The notes beneath the pieces are model-generated. The model ran no database searches and was not told the origin of the DNA. It saw nothing but the letters and a program-made list of their open reading frames with translations. Shown here piece after piece: positions 37,267 to 50,268 of a DNA stretch of 64,000 nucleotides. Position 1 is the first letter of the stretch, and each line of letters starts with the position of its first letter. Both the position numbers and the translations under genes were made by a program. Where the stretch lies: contig MU058059.1 in NCBI GenBank assembly GCA_013265495.1, positions 1,897,502 through 1,961,501 on the forward strand, written 5' to 3'. This DNA is from Vicugna vicugna. Its lineage: Eukaryota.

Positions 37267-38528
37267 CTGATGGAAAACAAAGGCCTCAGATCAGTTTGAA
37301 TAAAATGTGAGTGTTGGTATTTGAATATTGTCTGTCTTAAGTAACAAAACCTATTCCTGAACAGAGAGTGAGCATGTGCACCGTCATGTAAGCCAAGGTT
37401 GACAGTTCAGGGTTGGAAATGGAGTAGGTGGTTAATGAAATGACTGACTGCTCACTCTGAGAAAAGATGCTATATTTTTTAAAAACAACCTAATTGGTTT
37501 TCAAACCGCAGACTCTCCCATTTGTCTCTGTTGTGAAGACCTGATGTTCACGTTGGGACCCAAGTACAAAGAGTCTAGAAAGTGAAATCTTACTAGTTTG
37601 TATTGATCGTGAGGATGTGGTTGAGGAGCTAGGAACTTCGAGTTAGGCAAGTGGGCTACTGGCCTGCTGCTGCCAGGCCGGAGACCTGGGCCCTGGGCTC
37701 CCCGGGGACGTGGAGTAACGCTCGCCTCACAGGACGTTATACGGGTCAAATACAGCGTTTACAAGGCGAGCAGCCCGGGGCTGAGGCTCAGCGACCCTCC
37801 GCTGTTACTTTGATTAGGAGTGTTCTGATTTGTAAGAGGAACAGTTACTTGTAATTTCCAGGAATGTAAAGCAACTCCCACTGGCTCTAAGTGTTTTCTA
37901 CTCAAAATCGAAAGAGAATCTTCTTTAATGGATAGAGAGAAATTATTGTCATCAGCTTATCACTTCCTGCCGAATGTGTGCTTGCCGAGGTGCTTAAAGC
38001 CCACACGTAAACCCTGAAATGCTTCCCAAATCATTATTACTTTTAAATTAACAGGAACCAAGCTAACACACGTTCAGGCTGTATGACTGTGTACGTGTGT
38101 GGATGGTGAGGGGCGGAGACGAGACACGTACACGCACAGACACATGATCACGCACGTGTCTACACACACACACGCACACGCAGTCAAACAGGCCTCCCAC
38201 ACCGTCTGCAAGTGAGGAGATTCTCTTTTGGTCACTAAACTAAAACCTGTTTACCTGGCATGGACCAGACAATAACTAATTCCCTACTGACATCAAAATG
38301 AACTCTGGACTCTCTTGCCGTTCCGAGTCCACCGATCAGAAGCACAGGGGAAGCCGGGTGCTGCAGATGCCACACTAGGAGGGGCTGCGGAGCTGGTGGG
38401 GGGGGCAGCACCTCGGAGTCCCTGGGAGGAGGAGGCCGCCCTGCTCTGAGCAGAGCCCGGCAGGCAGCCCCAGTGCGGCTGCTCACGAGGGCCAGGTGGG
38501 GAGTCGGCCTTTTCAGTGAAGAACTTAC

Positions 38529-38618
38529 CTCCCTTTGCAGGTGCTCTGTTTGCTCTGAGACACCTTCAAGTTCAGTTTTTGCCAGTTGCTTTTGTGTATT
38601 TCCTTTTAGTAAAGATTC
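38529..38618 (-). CDS. LAMA1: LAMA1 exon ~34 (coiled coil)
   Basis: 90 nt, tag|..|gtaag; ESLLKGNTQKQLAKTELEGVSEQTEHLQRE. Confidence 0.92.
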
Positions 38619-39949
38619 CTAAAAAGAAGAAAGCAAATTATAATGCTGGAAAATAACTTTTCTGGTTCCTACCTAAGAATCACCTGTTATTACTTCTTTT
38701 GTTCAAGGAAATTCTCCTTTCCTTGAAATTGCATTAAAAAGAAAATGAATTCACTAAAGTTTTGATGACGGCAGCATGTTTCCGTACTGCCCTCTGTTGC
38801 GTTGTATTTCCTACAAAGACAGGAAGTTAAACCAGATACTGCTACAGTTCTTGGGTGAGTCTGGCCTAATTTCATAGCAGAGTCACATAAAGTTTAACTA
38901 TAATTGCTAATACCTTAAAAAACGCTAACAAGGCTAAAATACAAAAAGTATTAAGTAAAGGAAAGCCTTATGGTTACTAAAAATTAAGTGCTTAATTTAT
39001 TTACGCCAACACTTTCTAATTTCTTTACTTGGACGACTTTAATTCTTGTAACAACCTGTGAAGGGGCTAGATTATTGTTTAGGGTCAGGACAGTCGCTGT
39101 GTCAATAAACAGTGAAAACAAGAAACAGTTAAGTGTTCATAATCTTCACCTCCTGTGTACTTTACATAAAAAGTCATTTAAAGGAACTGACAAAGTAAGT
39201 TTAAATGAGAACAAATCATTCAGAAAGAGTTAAAATTGAAACCAAGTATTTATCTCACTTAATAAAAAAAATACAGTTGTCCCGCTGGAGCACAGATGCA
39301 CAGAGGTAGGGTTTATATATTGTGCTATAGTGAGTGGAAAAGAAATCTGAACATTTCTGTCCTTTCTGATTTTGGTGGGGTTTTTTCAGATTTTTTTTTT
39401 TTAGAATTTTTTCTCATCTTTCAAAAACATTTTGTTCCATGGAGAAAAAAATATAAAAACATCTCTTAGAGGTTCCTAGCCTCCTTTACTCCACTGCATC
39501 TACAGAGGAAATGACCACGATTGACAAGAATGGATCACTGAAGCAGCTGGAGTCCAATAGGCAGGCGCGCGCACGTGCTTAAGGACGTCTAAAGTCTGAG
39601 GAAAGCTCTTACCTGAAACAGGCGTTGAGGAATGACTATCCTTTTTATTACTGCATGACAGTGAATTAAATATCTCAAATGCTAATGCATAGGCTTTAAG
39701 CAAAATTAAGAATCACAGTTTTTTCCCAATTAGAATGAAAAGAATGCTGTTAGAAAGTCCATTTCTGACCTTCCCACCTTCTTTTGGACCCAGATCAAAA
39801 CACGGGTTTTGGCTAAACACAAAACTATGATTTACCGCGAGACTTTTTATAAAGTTTCCTAGGCAGGGGGAACTTCTGTGCTCTGCAAGTGCAGCTGAGG
39901 ATGATACATTTACAGAAAATAGTTCATCTTCAGCAAATTCCAGCATGAA

Positions 39950-40480
39950 AGACGACGCTGTCCCGAGACGGCTTCTGCGTTTGCATTAGGACGGCTGTAC
40001 GCAGCCTCCTTCCCGGAGGCCGGAGGGGGAGCCCGGGGAGCCCTGACAGGGCGGCGTCTGGGGAGCGACGGCGAGCAGTCAGAGCCCCTCAGCAGGACGA
40101 GGGAGCGCGGAGGCCGAAGCCTCCGGTCCGGCTGAGCGGGGGCTCCGGGGGCTCCGGGCAGTGACGCGCGTCTGGGTCCCCGTACCCACCCGGAGGCGTC
40201 TCGCCGTGTCTTCCAGGCCAGACAGAATCCCATGCGGGGCGGGGATGACGCCGCTGAGGTTCCCAGGGAGAGCGGCGCGGCCGGCAGCGTCCAGGCCGTC
40301 CAGCAGCGCCCCCGCGCACGCGTCGTCACAGGCTGCGAGGAAGCGGAGGCCCCGTGACCGCCCTGTGACAGCCTCGTCCCCTCATTCCCACGCCAGCTGG
40401 GCCTTGTGGGGGGGCAGGCGCCGGGCTCAGGGCGCATCCGCGACTCCCCGGGGCGCCCGTTTCCTTCTCGGCCCCAGCGT
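39950..40480. promoter_or_regulatory. Intragenic CpG island over exon 33
   Basis: Dense CpG; exon 33 is 106/143 = 74% GC versus 37/90 = 41% for neighbouring exon 34. Confidence 0.75.
40190..40332 (-). CDS. LAMA1: LAMA1 exon ~33 (coiled-coil start, CxxxC)
   Basis: 143 nt, cag|..|gtggg; CDDACAGALLDGLDAAGRAALPGNLSGVIPAPHGILSGLEDTARRLR; phases fit exons 32 and 34. Confidence 0.9.
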
Positions 40481-41127
40481 TACCACAGCACGTCTGCCCA
40501 TCTCTGACTCCACCAATGGCCACGAATTCCCAGCGCATTCCTGCCCGAGCCTGGGGTCCTGTCCTCGGGGTTTGCAGACACCCTCAGCAAGTACCCGCGA
40601 AGGAGACTGGGGGAAGTCACGGGGCCGTTCTGCTTACAGCACACCGACGAGAGCACGAGGTCTGGACTGCCTGGCGCTACTTCCTCCCGTCTTCCCCACG
40701 AACCACCGAGGCGACACCCCAGTGTCACTACCCTCACGCTCTTGCTGTTCAGACAAATCAGAACCAAAAAAAAGTGTCCACAACAGCCAAGAGCTGAGGC
40801 CACATGTGAAATTTGGTGACACACATGACCAGCCACAAAGGTGTTCTCTCTGCGCCAGCTGACCCCTCGGCTCCACTAAAGGAAAAGTTAACCAGCGAGG
40901 CTGGAGTTGCTGTGGTGCTGATTTGCCGGGGAGATAAATGCTGTTAGCCTAGAACCTTCTACCTCGGCTCCAGATACTCTGCAAAACATTGTTTGGCAGA
41001 TGCAAAAGGAACCTATGCTTAGTTAAAATCAAACAGGTCTTTATGCTGATGACGCCACAGGGCACCACAGCAAGGAAGCATCTGAGAGGAAAGAGCGTCT
41101 TGAAGCGCTTAGGGGAGCGGTACCCAC

Positions 41128-41321
41128 ACACACAGTCGCTTTCCACCAGCGTGTGCCTGGGCTCACAGTCCTCACAGCGGAGCCCCGTGGCCCCCGGCCT
41201 GCAGACGCACTGCCCGGACCCGCGGTCACAGTCGCTGTGAACAGAGCCGTGCGGGCTGCAGTCACACCTCTGGCAAGAACCACCTGGCATGTGCGGGTTC
41301 CCGTGGTAGCCTGTGGAGCAC
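41128..41321 (-). CDS. LAMA1: LAMA1 exon ~32 (LEc)
   Basis: 194 nt, cag|..|gtggg; [64 protein letters not shown]. Confidence 0.93.
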
Positions 41322-41605
41322 CTGCGGGGACAGTGGGATCAACACCGGTAAGTACACACACGAAGCAGTTTTCCCAAGGACAGAAGAGAACACAGGCCCG
41401 TTCACCTCCTTCTGCATCCTGTTTCCTAAAGGCCGAGACGGTCAGAGGAAGTGCGTTTACCTATCTTGATACCCAGGAGGCTGCTTTGCGGTATCGCTTG
41501 TGCACAGCGAAACTGATCCCGGCTCCCCAGCGCTTTTGTAAATGTGTCCTAACGCACAAAGGGGAGACATGCCCGGTGACTTCCATGTGCCAACACCCCG
41601 CATAC

Positions 41606-41692
41606 CTTTCACAGTACTGTCCCTCGTAGCCCTGGAAACAGGCGTCACAGCGGAAATCATGATCACCTTCCAGGACACAAGTGGGACTAAAA
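41606..41692 (-). CDS. LAMA1: LAMA1 exon ~31 (LEc)
   Basis: 87 nt, cag|..|gtatg; FSPTCVLEGDHDFRCDACFQGYEGQYCE. Confidence 0.94.
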
Positions 41693-43849
41693 CTGGAAGA
41701 AGAGAATTTTTTAAATTTTCAGATATTCAACTTCTAATCTCTCAGGGTACTTATCCTTCCCTCATAGGGGACACGATGCTGTTCTAAAGGGTAAGTGATC
41801 ACACTGGACACCTGGACACGCTTTTCAGGGCCTAAACTCTGTCGGGCAAAAGGAAGGAAGATAAACGTTATCAGGACAAGGGGGTGCATCTCGTATCCTG
41901 AAGACCCACACTGGCGGCTGCCCAGTGACAACCCTGTGAGTGCTGGAGCCACGGAGACAGGTCTACTGAGCACAGCTAATTAGTCACCAAACAAGAAAGC
42001 GTCCCAGGAGAAGAAGGGCATGTTCTGAGATTTAACTCAGTCATCTGACTTATTAGAGAAGGTGGTTGGAGGGAGCTGCACGTGACTGTGAGCAAACACA
42101 GGAACAGCAGGCTGAGGCCACGAGATGGCTGGGGACACACCGACTGCAGTGAAAGGTGGGGGGCGGGGACAGCAGTGGGGAGAGAAGCAGAGGGTGAGGG
42201 TGGAATCTGAAATACGCAGACGTAAGGGTAGGGGGTCATGCGGTGGGCTGGAGCAGCAAGACGGCAGCCACTGAAAATGGAGCAGTGCACTCAGACACTG
42301 GGCCCCTCGCTCGGGGGCTTTGGCTTTTGGCGCAGTCCTCTTTCAGTGACTTCTGCCTCCACATTCAAATCACCAACTAGAGGCTCAGCTGGGTGCCTGC
42401 AGGCCACTAAAAAATACCCACGGGGGTATCTGGCCAGTGACAGAAGTGCCCAGTGTGAGCTGCAGGGCTCTCCGCCAGCTCCACGTCACCTCTGACTTGC
42501 TCCTGCTTGAATACTAAAGGGACAGACTTCAGGGGAGACACAAAATGTCGAAAACAAAGCACATCAGTTAGGGCCTCTCAGATGCACAGCACACACACAA
42601 GGCTCCCACCCTCAGAGTCGCTTCCGGATAGTGTAACCTTTAATTTATCAGCATGGGCTGTGGGGGAGGTCTGGGCCTTCTGTGACCGAAGGAGGAAGAC
42701 ACACAGACACACCTCGTGCATGGTACAAGGGCGAGGTGTCTGTCCACACACCTCCCTGGGCGCATACAGCCTTGCAGCCACAGACACGGATGTGCACACG
42801 GGTACTAGTGTTTTCCAGAATGGCCTCACATCACATACTCACTCACGGAGTGTGACTGGCCGTCTCTCCCACTCCACACATCCCCTCTTCCCAGTGCCCT
42901 GCGGTGTTTCACTCAAGGGCGCACCGCAGTGCACTCCGGGTCGTCATTGCTCCCTGTAGGTAGACGTTGCAGTCCCCCCTCCCAGCTGCCTGTGAGAACA
43001 GGCGGGGCCCATCTTTACACACGTGCAAGTACTCCTACAGCTTAGATCACAGGAGCGCATTTGATGATTCAAAATTTATATACAGACTTGGTACAAAAAA
43101 TTAAATAATAGTAATAAATTTTAGGATGCTGGAGAGCTCAGAGAGATGTTTTTCACACAGTGCCTCTCATTCGGTCCTCACCACCAAGCGACACTTACTT
43201 AGAGACAATAAAAGATAGAAGATTCAAACAAAAATCAAAAGGAAAACTCCATTTTAGTATACCAAAGGCTGGTGTTTGTCCTCCACACGTCCAGTGCCTT
43301 CTCAAATATTCTAAGCAACAATGAACTGTTACTTACGAATTGCAGTTTTCACTTAACCCAAAGGGGACCTACAGATACTTCAAATCCCGGGTTCTTTTTT
43401 GGGTGGAGACAGTTCTATACAAGGATTATGACTGTGAGGTAGACCCTGCCCACTCCACCCCTGGGCATGTTTCTGCACCTCATCAGTCATCAGCATGTGT
43501 AATTCTAACCCTACTCCCTCACAGCAAACAGGAACCGAATTCTTTGTATCATTGTTCATAAAATTAGTAACAGTTCGTCTCTAGACACACTGGATACATA
43601 CGGTGAAGACTAACATTACTCTTTAAAAAACCAAACCTGGAAGTCCTTTCATTTATTCCCTTCTAACACCCAAACCAACACATGGATATTTTGCTTTGGA
43701 AAAGACCCTTCCAATGCCGTGAGGGTGAACACTTTCTCAACACGGAGACTACTCACTAAGCGAGGCCCCAGGAGACCCTGGGAGACGAGGCGGACGGGGG
43801 GCGCAGCCCGGCCTCAGCGGCGCGGGCGGGGGCGCCGTGTGCGGCTCAC

Positions 43850-43971
43850 CTGGCAGGGAGGCCGTGAGGACAGGAGCAGGGAGAGCAGTCGCTGGCCCGG
43901 CCGGTCACCTGCCCGTAGTACCCGGGGGCACACTCCTCGCAGTGGTCGCCAGTGGTGTTATGGCTGCAGTT
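43850..43971 (-). CDS. LAMA1: LAMA1 exon ~30 (LEc)
   Basis: 122 nt, cag|..|gtgag; [40 protein letters not shown]. Confidence 0.94.
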
Positions 43972-46900
43972 CTGAGGCCGCACGTGTCAAGAGGAGAGGA
44001 AAACAGCGGGAAACTGTTAGAGCCTCCGAACTGGCGATCGCGAAGCACTTCCACGTTTCCTGTCATTGACGTTTGTTTTATTCTCAGTGAAGGGTGAGCA
44101 TTTTTCTTATTTTTAAAATCCTGGAAACACTGCCAGCTCTGTGGCTGGCATTCATTATAAGACTATCCATCCAAAACAGCCCAGAAATCACTGATATGTC
44201 CTTCCCATAGAAGACACGCACAGGGCAGCCACCTTCAGAGCCTGAAAACATGGGTTTAAAAGGGACCCAACACCGACCTGGAGCACGGTGGGCTGCACAG
44301 TCAGTACTCAGTGATCCCAGGTGGGGAAAGAGCAGAAGTGAGTGGATGGATGGTTCAGGAAACTGACAGCGAGGGGAGGAAACGCAGGGGCTCAGAGCAC
44401 CACCACGATTCCTGCGGTGACCACATCGTTTCCAGTTAGCTTTCACGTCATTGTTTGGACCTACCATCCTGCTATTTAAAGAAAAATAAGCTAAAAGAGC
44501 AACTAAGTCTTGACATATTATTCCAATGTAAAACCTGCTTCTGCTCAGTTGGACCACCATTCACACCGCCCCAGGCACCAAATTCTGGGTCTGACGCAGG
44601 GACACAGAGTCAGGTGACACCGGGGAACCACTGAGCAAACCTGCAAACCAACTCAGACGTTCGTCCTTGGGAGCAGGAGAGGATGCAGAGAGAAGCCTCG
44701 TTATGTGTTTGGAAACTTATTTTTAAGTTCCTTTTAAATTAAACAATATTCCAGTGTTTTTCGTTTGAAAATCGTACTCCCGTTTCACCTGACAAAAACA
44801 GATTTTACTAAGATCCTCTAGGCCCTAAAACTGGTATCTCTTTAGAAGTAAAATCTGCAACCTCTCTCAAAAGGTTACTGTGTTAAATACTTGTTTTAGT
44901 GAGTATAACCAGAGCCAACAAGGAATAAATATTTGATGATGAGAGAGGCCTGAAGCAGGTTTTCTGGTTTTCCATCCCTAATACCAACTCAAGCACTAAC
45001 AACCCCCCTAACGCACAGCGGATGCGAGCTCCCTTGTCTTCAAGATCCTGCAGAATGGAAAAGAAACTTCCAGAGAACGGCAGGGCACTGAGACTCTGTT
45101 AACGTGACCTGGGGTGCGTCAGCTGCCGTGGGAAGCGCAGGAGAACGCCTGTCAGTTTGTTAATCGCAAAAGGAGCAAGTGCATCTCCTGGAAGCGGGCA
45201 GCTGGGCAGAGGAGCCCCCAGGGTAGCTGCCTGCTCCTCGTCCCACTCTCCTCCAGGCCACATTTCTGATCAGTCACTTTTATGCCAATACCAAAGGCCA
45301 GGGGACATGGAGAGGGAGGAGCACCCTAGGTGCCAGATGACAAAATCAGACCCAAAATGTCCTGACACCCAGGCTGTGCGGTAACAAGGACACGGGGAAT
45401 GCTGAGAGTGGCAGACGGAAGCAACGGCATCACTAAACACAGAGGGACCTGTTAGAGGAAGACCAGCGAGGAGAGCCAGAGTCCCAAGTTCGAAGAGCAA
45501 GGACACAGGTGCTAAACTGGTGAAACGCATGTGACCATCGTGGCATCTAGTCAGTCGGGTAGAGGCAGCAAAGCCACCAGCTGCATCCACAGAAACACAG
45601 CCCCCTGAGTTACGGAGGGCTGTCCCCACCCCCAGAGCAGAGGCTCTGGGCACAGCATCCTAAGACAGACAGTGACATCTGAGCCTCAGAACGGCGAGTG
45701 GACTGCAAGCATTCTATAGGACCACCAGGTGCTTAAACAGGATGTCTGACCACAGGGCTGAGATTCGGGGTCTCTGCAACTGTGAAAGAGGAATTTTATT
45801 AAGTGGTTTCGCAAGTTACTTGTTAAGATACTGTTGCTTTTTATGAATAAATTTGAACTTGTGGTTTATCAAAATGGCTCTTTAGAATAGAACTGTGCCA
45901 ACAGTCAGGTGATCAGTCCCAGGAATCATCAGGGCTGCCCCCAGTGAGCTGAGCCGCTGCGAGAGTGAGCGCCCTGTTTCCGGCGGCGTGTAAGTGGACA
46001 TTCAGCAGCCAGCCGGCCTGGACGTTGTAGTTCCGACTTAAGATCTGAAGGGATTGCGATAAGAATGAAAGATCCTATTCTGACCCGACACTCTGAACTC
46101 TGAAGGCTCGACACTGTTTTCTCTTTACAGTGGGTTTTCGTTAAGTAGCTGGCACCAAGCGGTAGCCGTGCGTGACGGAGTCACTAGGGACAGACACAGA
46201 GCCACAAAAATGAACGAGCGCAAAGCCCGATGCGTCTGCTCAGCGCTGGGAGCAGACGAACCCTAGGGATGTGGGCCCTGCGCATCCTTGGGCAGCGCGT
46301 ACCGGCCGCACGCTGTGCACGGCAGGTCTAATTATGAGGCCCGGGTGAGATGTATGGATTCCGCTCCCCCGGCGCAGGGCCTGTCTGAAGGCTACCATCT
46401 GCCAGCGTTCATCCCAGGGAGACGGCCACCGTCTTCCACGGGCTGGGTTAGGTGCGCTGTGTTCCCTCCTGATGTAAACTGGTGGGCCAGCTGCTAATCT
46501 GAGACTGTGCTCTGGTGGATCTGGGTCAGGCACGGCAGGGCGATCCCTCACGTGACTGCAGTGAGCTGCGCCGGGGAGGATGCGGCAGGAAGGCACTGAT
46601 GGAGTCTTCAACCGCCTGTGTGACCTCTGTCCCATGACTGGCCGGGGGCCTTCCCAGCTAATGACCTCTCGCTTTAAGTTGTCTGAAATCGATTCTCCTT
46701 AAATGAGATTTTCTCATTTTCTGTATTGGACTTTACTTTTGCTGGAGCGTGGGTTGATTAGAGTAAATTTTGTTAAATAGTGCTGTGGCTGCCTGCATCT
46801 TCATTAAGTCCATTTTACCTTGACTGACTGGAACAATTCTTTCATTCCCCACATATAGTGGAGTCAGCACAGGTTAACACATGTCTTTGTAACTGAGGAA

Positions 46901-47761
46901 AACCATGCAGTGCTTCAGCTTCTAAAATTCACCTTGCACTGCTACGGCTTACCAGTTTCCCCAGTGGAAACTGCCTTTGAATTTCAGTGTGAAAGATGCT
47001 TTCAAACACAAGAAGAGGCAGACGGACCCAGTGTGGCTGCAGGCCAGTTAGGAGGCCCCGGTTCCTGTGCTGAGGCCCCGCCAGGACCCCTCAGGCTCGG
47101 GATGCATCCTCCCTGGGGGGCAGCTCGCTTCCCTTCAATGAGTTATTTCACTTGAGGCAAGTCAGTCTTGGTCCAATTTATACAAGCAGCCAGTGTTTCC
47201 GCATGAGTTACAAAGAATGAGCTTTCAGGGTTAGGGAGTATTCTATGTTATCAAGAGTTTGTCCTCAGCCACGGCCACAAGACTGCTGCCTGGGCTACCC
47301 GGTCCTTTCCAGCGATCAGGGTTCTCCTCGTGCCCGAGCTGGCCAGGAAGCAGATGCACACTAAGGCCTCCAGGAGAGCGCCTGCGGAGAGGGCAGCACT
47401 CTCCACAGGGAACTACGTTCTCAGCGTGGGCACTAACTCATTCTAAAACCGCCAGTGACTCTTCAGGTCCTATGACATAAAGTTACTTACTTTGCGACCA
47501 CAAGTCTGCAAGTAGAAACAAGAGACACTTCACTAATTCCAAACTGATGCCCGTGAACAGTCATGGAGCTTCATAAATGGGTTTCCACCACCGTCAGGCC
47601 ACTGAGCTAGGCCCTTCTGAGGGAAATACATTTTTATCTTACACTGAGTTAAACTGAAACTCCTCTAAATCAAGGAACTCGTATGACTTTGAATCGGACA
47701 TTTAAACGCTCAGGGCTGCTCTAATTCTAAGTGTCAGCCAAGCAGCCAGAGACCAACATAC

Positions 47762-47899
47762 CAGACACTTCCCCGTTTCAGGGTCACAGGCGTCACTGTG
47801 GTTGTTGCAACTGCAGGGCACACAGGGAGCAAGCAGAGGCCGGGGTCTCCTGCCATCACCTTCTGGAAGCTTCCCTCTGTGATAACCAGGCGCACAGTC
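47762..47899 (-). CDS. LAMA1: LAMA1 exon ~29 (LEc)
   Basis: 138 nt, cag|..|gtatg; DCAPGYHRGKLPEGDGRRPRPLLAPCVPCSCNNHSDACDPETGKCL. Confidence 0.94.
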
Positions 47900-47927
47900 C
47901 TGAGGGGATGCAGAATGGAAGGCGATG

Positions 47928-48765
47928 AATAAAAAACCTGATTAAAAATGGGCAAAGGACTTGAATAGACATTTTTCCAAAGAAGATACACAAATGACTA
48001 GACAAGCACATGCAAAGATGCTCGGTATCACTAATTATCAAGGAATGCGCGTCAGAACGCCACGGTGAGATACCAGCTCACACCCATGATGGCTACCATC
48101 AAAAAACAGCCCGCCCAGAGAATAACAAGTGCTGGTGAGGACAAGGGGAAGTCGGGACCCTGGCGCTTTGCTGTGGGGATGGAGAATGCTGTGGCTCCGG
48201 GGAGAGCAGCACGATGGCTCATCAGACAGTTCAAAACCGAGTTACCACGTGATCCAGCAACTCTGCTTCTGGGCACAAACCCCAAAGAACCGAAAGCAGG
48301 GTCTCGGAGAGAGATGTACACACCCGTGTTTGTAGCAGCATCATTCACGGTAGCCAAAGGCGAGAGCCACCCAGGTGTCCACTGATGGATAAACACAGCG
48401 CCGTCCACCCGGCCAGTGGAGTGCTACTGCGGAGGACATCCTGACACCTGCCACCACGTGGACGCACGGGGGGGACACGCTGCTGAGTGAAATGCCCCAG
48501 TCCCAAGACAAATACCGCACGACTCCACTTTCACGAGGGACCAAGAGTCGTCAGACCCGTACGGAAAGTACAAGGCGGTTGCCAGAGACTGGGGGAGGAG
48601 CAGAGGGTGGGCACAGAGGTTTAGTTTTACAAGATGAAGACCCCTGGAGACCGGCTGTTCAGCACTGTGGGAGCACTTAACCCTGCTAAACCACACACCT
48701 TAGACATGGTCAAGACGGCGAAGCTGACGGTTAGGCATACTTTACAAGTACCTTTTCAAAAGGGA
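47928..48765 (+). mobile_element. L1MB-like 3' end, GC-shifted
   Basis: aaaaatgggcaaaggacttgaatagacatttttccaaagaagatacacaaatg..gatccagcaactctgcttctggg..ggttgccagagactggggg. Confidence 0.85.
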
Positions 48766-48871
48766 AAGAGACGTAACAGATACACACAGTTCTGTCTGTC
48801 ACCTGGAGCTGCTATAACAAGCCAACTTTAACCCCAAATCAGGAAGTGCATTTTAACCATAGTCTCCCTAC

Positions 48872-48992
48872 CTGACATGAGAGTCCAGCCGTGCCAGGAG
48901 GACAGAGACACTTCTCCAAAAGGAATGCCACCGCCCTCCCTGGGGGCGACTCTTCTGCCTTTCTGCCGACCTCCATGGAGATGTTTGAGATT
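48872..48992 (-). CDS. LAMA1: LAMA1 exon ~28 (L4b end)
   Basis: 121 nt, cag|..|gtagg; ISNISMEVGRKAEESPPGRAVAFLLEKCLCPPGTAGLSCQ. Confidence 0.94.
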
Positions 48993-49646
48993 CTGTGGAT
49001 CCATGTGTTAGCAAGTGAGAGAGGAAATACTAATATTAAACAAGACACTTTCAGAAATGGCACATTGAAGAATGCTATTTGCACATCTGGGAGACCAGAG
49101 CTTTCCCGCCAGTCTGAGAGTAGTTCCTACTCAAGATTATAAAGGAAATGGGTAAGAACCCAGGAGAAGCACATTCGTCATTACACAGGGGTGGTCCTCA
49201 GCCAGCACTTGAGAACTGAAAAATAGTGTTAGAGAAGGCACACCTAGAAGAGCCCGCGAAGTCCTAGCTTGGTCAGGGATGGGTGGCTTTCCTTCTGGGG
49301 TAAGAACTGAATGAGGAGGTAACAGCATTCGCGATGCCTTGTTCCAAAGAAGTGGGCAGTGCAGCTTATGGGCAGGAAACAGCAGAACGTCTTCGCTGTT
49401 TACACTCTATGCTCATCTAAGGTTATCACCACTATGTACTTACAGCCACGTCAATATGGGTGATGGACAATCTATGTCATTTTTTTTACATATTTCAGAG
49501 TAATATTAACATTTAATAAGGTTTCAGTGAAGAACACAAATACATGTTATTAAAGGTAGAAGGCAGTGGGGGTGATGTGCATCAGACCTCTTCAGTCTGC
49601 TTTCAGATAAGGAAAATACTTTTAAAATTCTAGAATTTCCAAGTAC

Positions 49647-49774
49647 CTGCTTTGCTGTAACCCTTGACCATAAGACGCTTTGATGAGGATGTACTCAACA
49701 TTGCTAAGAACGGACATAAAATCCGAGCGTGTGACAGGTTCTTCAGAAACAGAGTTAAAGTATTTCCAAAAATC
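49647..49774 (-). CDS. LAMA1: LAMA1 exon ~27 (L4b)
   Basis: 128 nt, cag|..|gtact; DFWKYFNSVSEEPVTRSDFMSVLSNVEYILIKASYGQGLQQSR. Confidence 0.95.
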
Positions 49775-50082
49775 CTGTGGATGAGAAGTGCACACAATTA
49801 AATTCAGGGAACAGATCCTCAGCGGCATATGAACTTAATTCTTTCAGAAGTACCTCCAACAGGGAGCCCAGTTCTGCACACGACACTAAGTTCAATTGGG
49901 GCCTAATGTACACTTCTTGAGAAGACGGAATTTGGATCTGTTTAGAAATGTTGCTAAGCCCACTGGAATCTGGACCCCCACGGCCTTCAGGGGCACGCTG
50001 TCAGCACAGCAGCCCCCAGATCCGCCACGTCAGGGCAGGGTCCCCAGGCTGGAGGGCTCACGTGCAAGGAACGTGCGGTCAC

Positions 50083-50268
50083 CTCTCTCATCTCTACTTC
50101 GTGCTCCTGCCGCACTCCGTTCTCCGGGGCGGGCGCGTCCACGTAGATGACCTGCTTCCTGGCCCGGCCTCCTCTGATGAGCACCTGCGGCTCCAGGTTG
50201 AAGGGGCCGAGCCCGTGGGAAGAGCGGAAAGCCACGCTGTAGCGCAGCGTCCCGCCGTAGGCTGTGAG
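50083..50268 (-). CDS. LAMA1: LAMA1 exon ~26 (L4b)
   Basis: 186 nt, cag|..|gtgac; LTAYGGTLRYSVAFRSSHGLGPFNLEPQVLIRGGRARKQVIYVDAPAPENGVRQEHEVEMRE. Confidence 0.94.

Noticed and set aside
40161..40862. 233-aa plus-strand ORF and overlapping 175-aa minus-strand ORF
   Set aside because: Low-complexity Arg/Pro/Ala/Ser products expected from stop-poor GC-rich DNA; no recognisable domain; they overlap exon 33 in antisense or the wrong frame.
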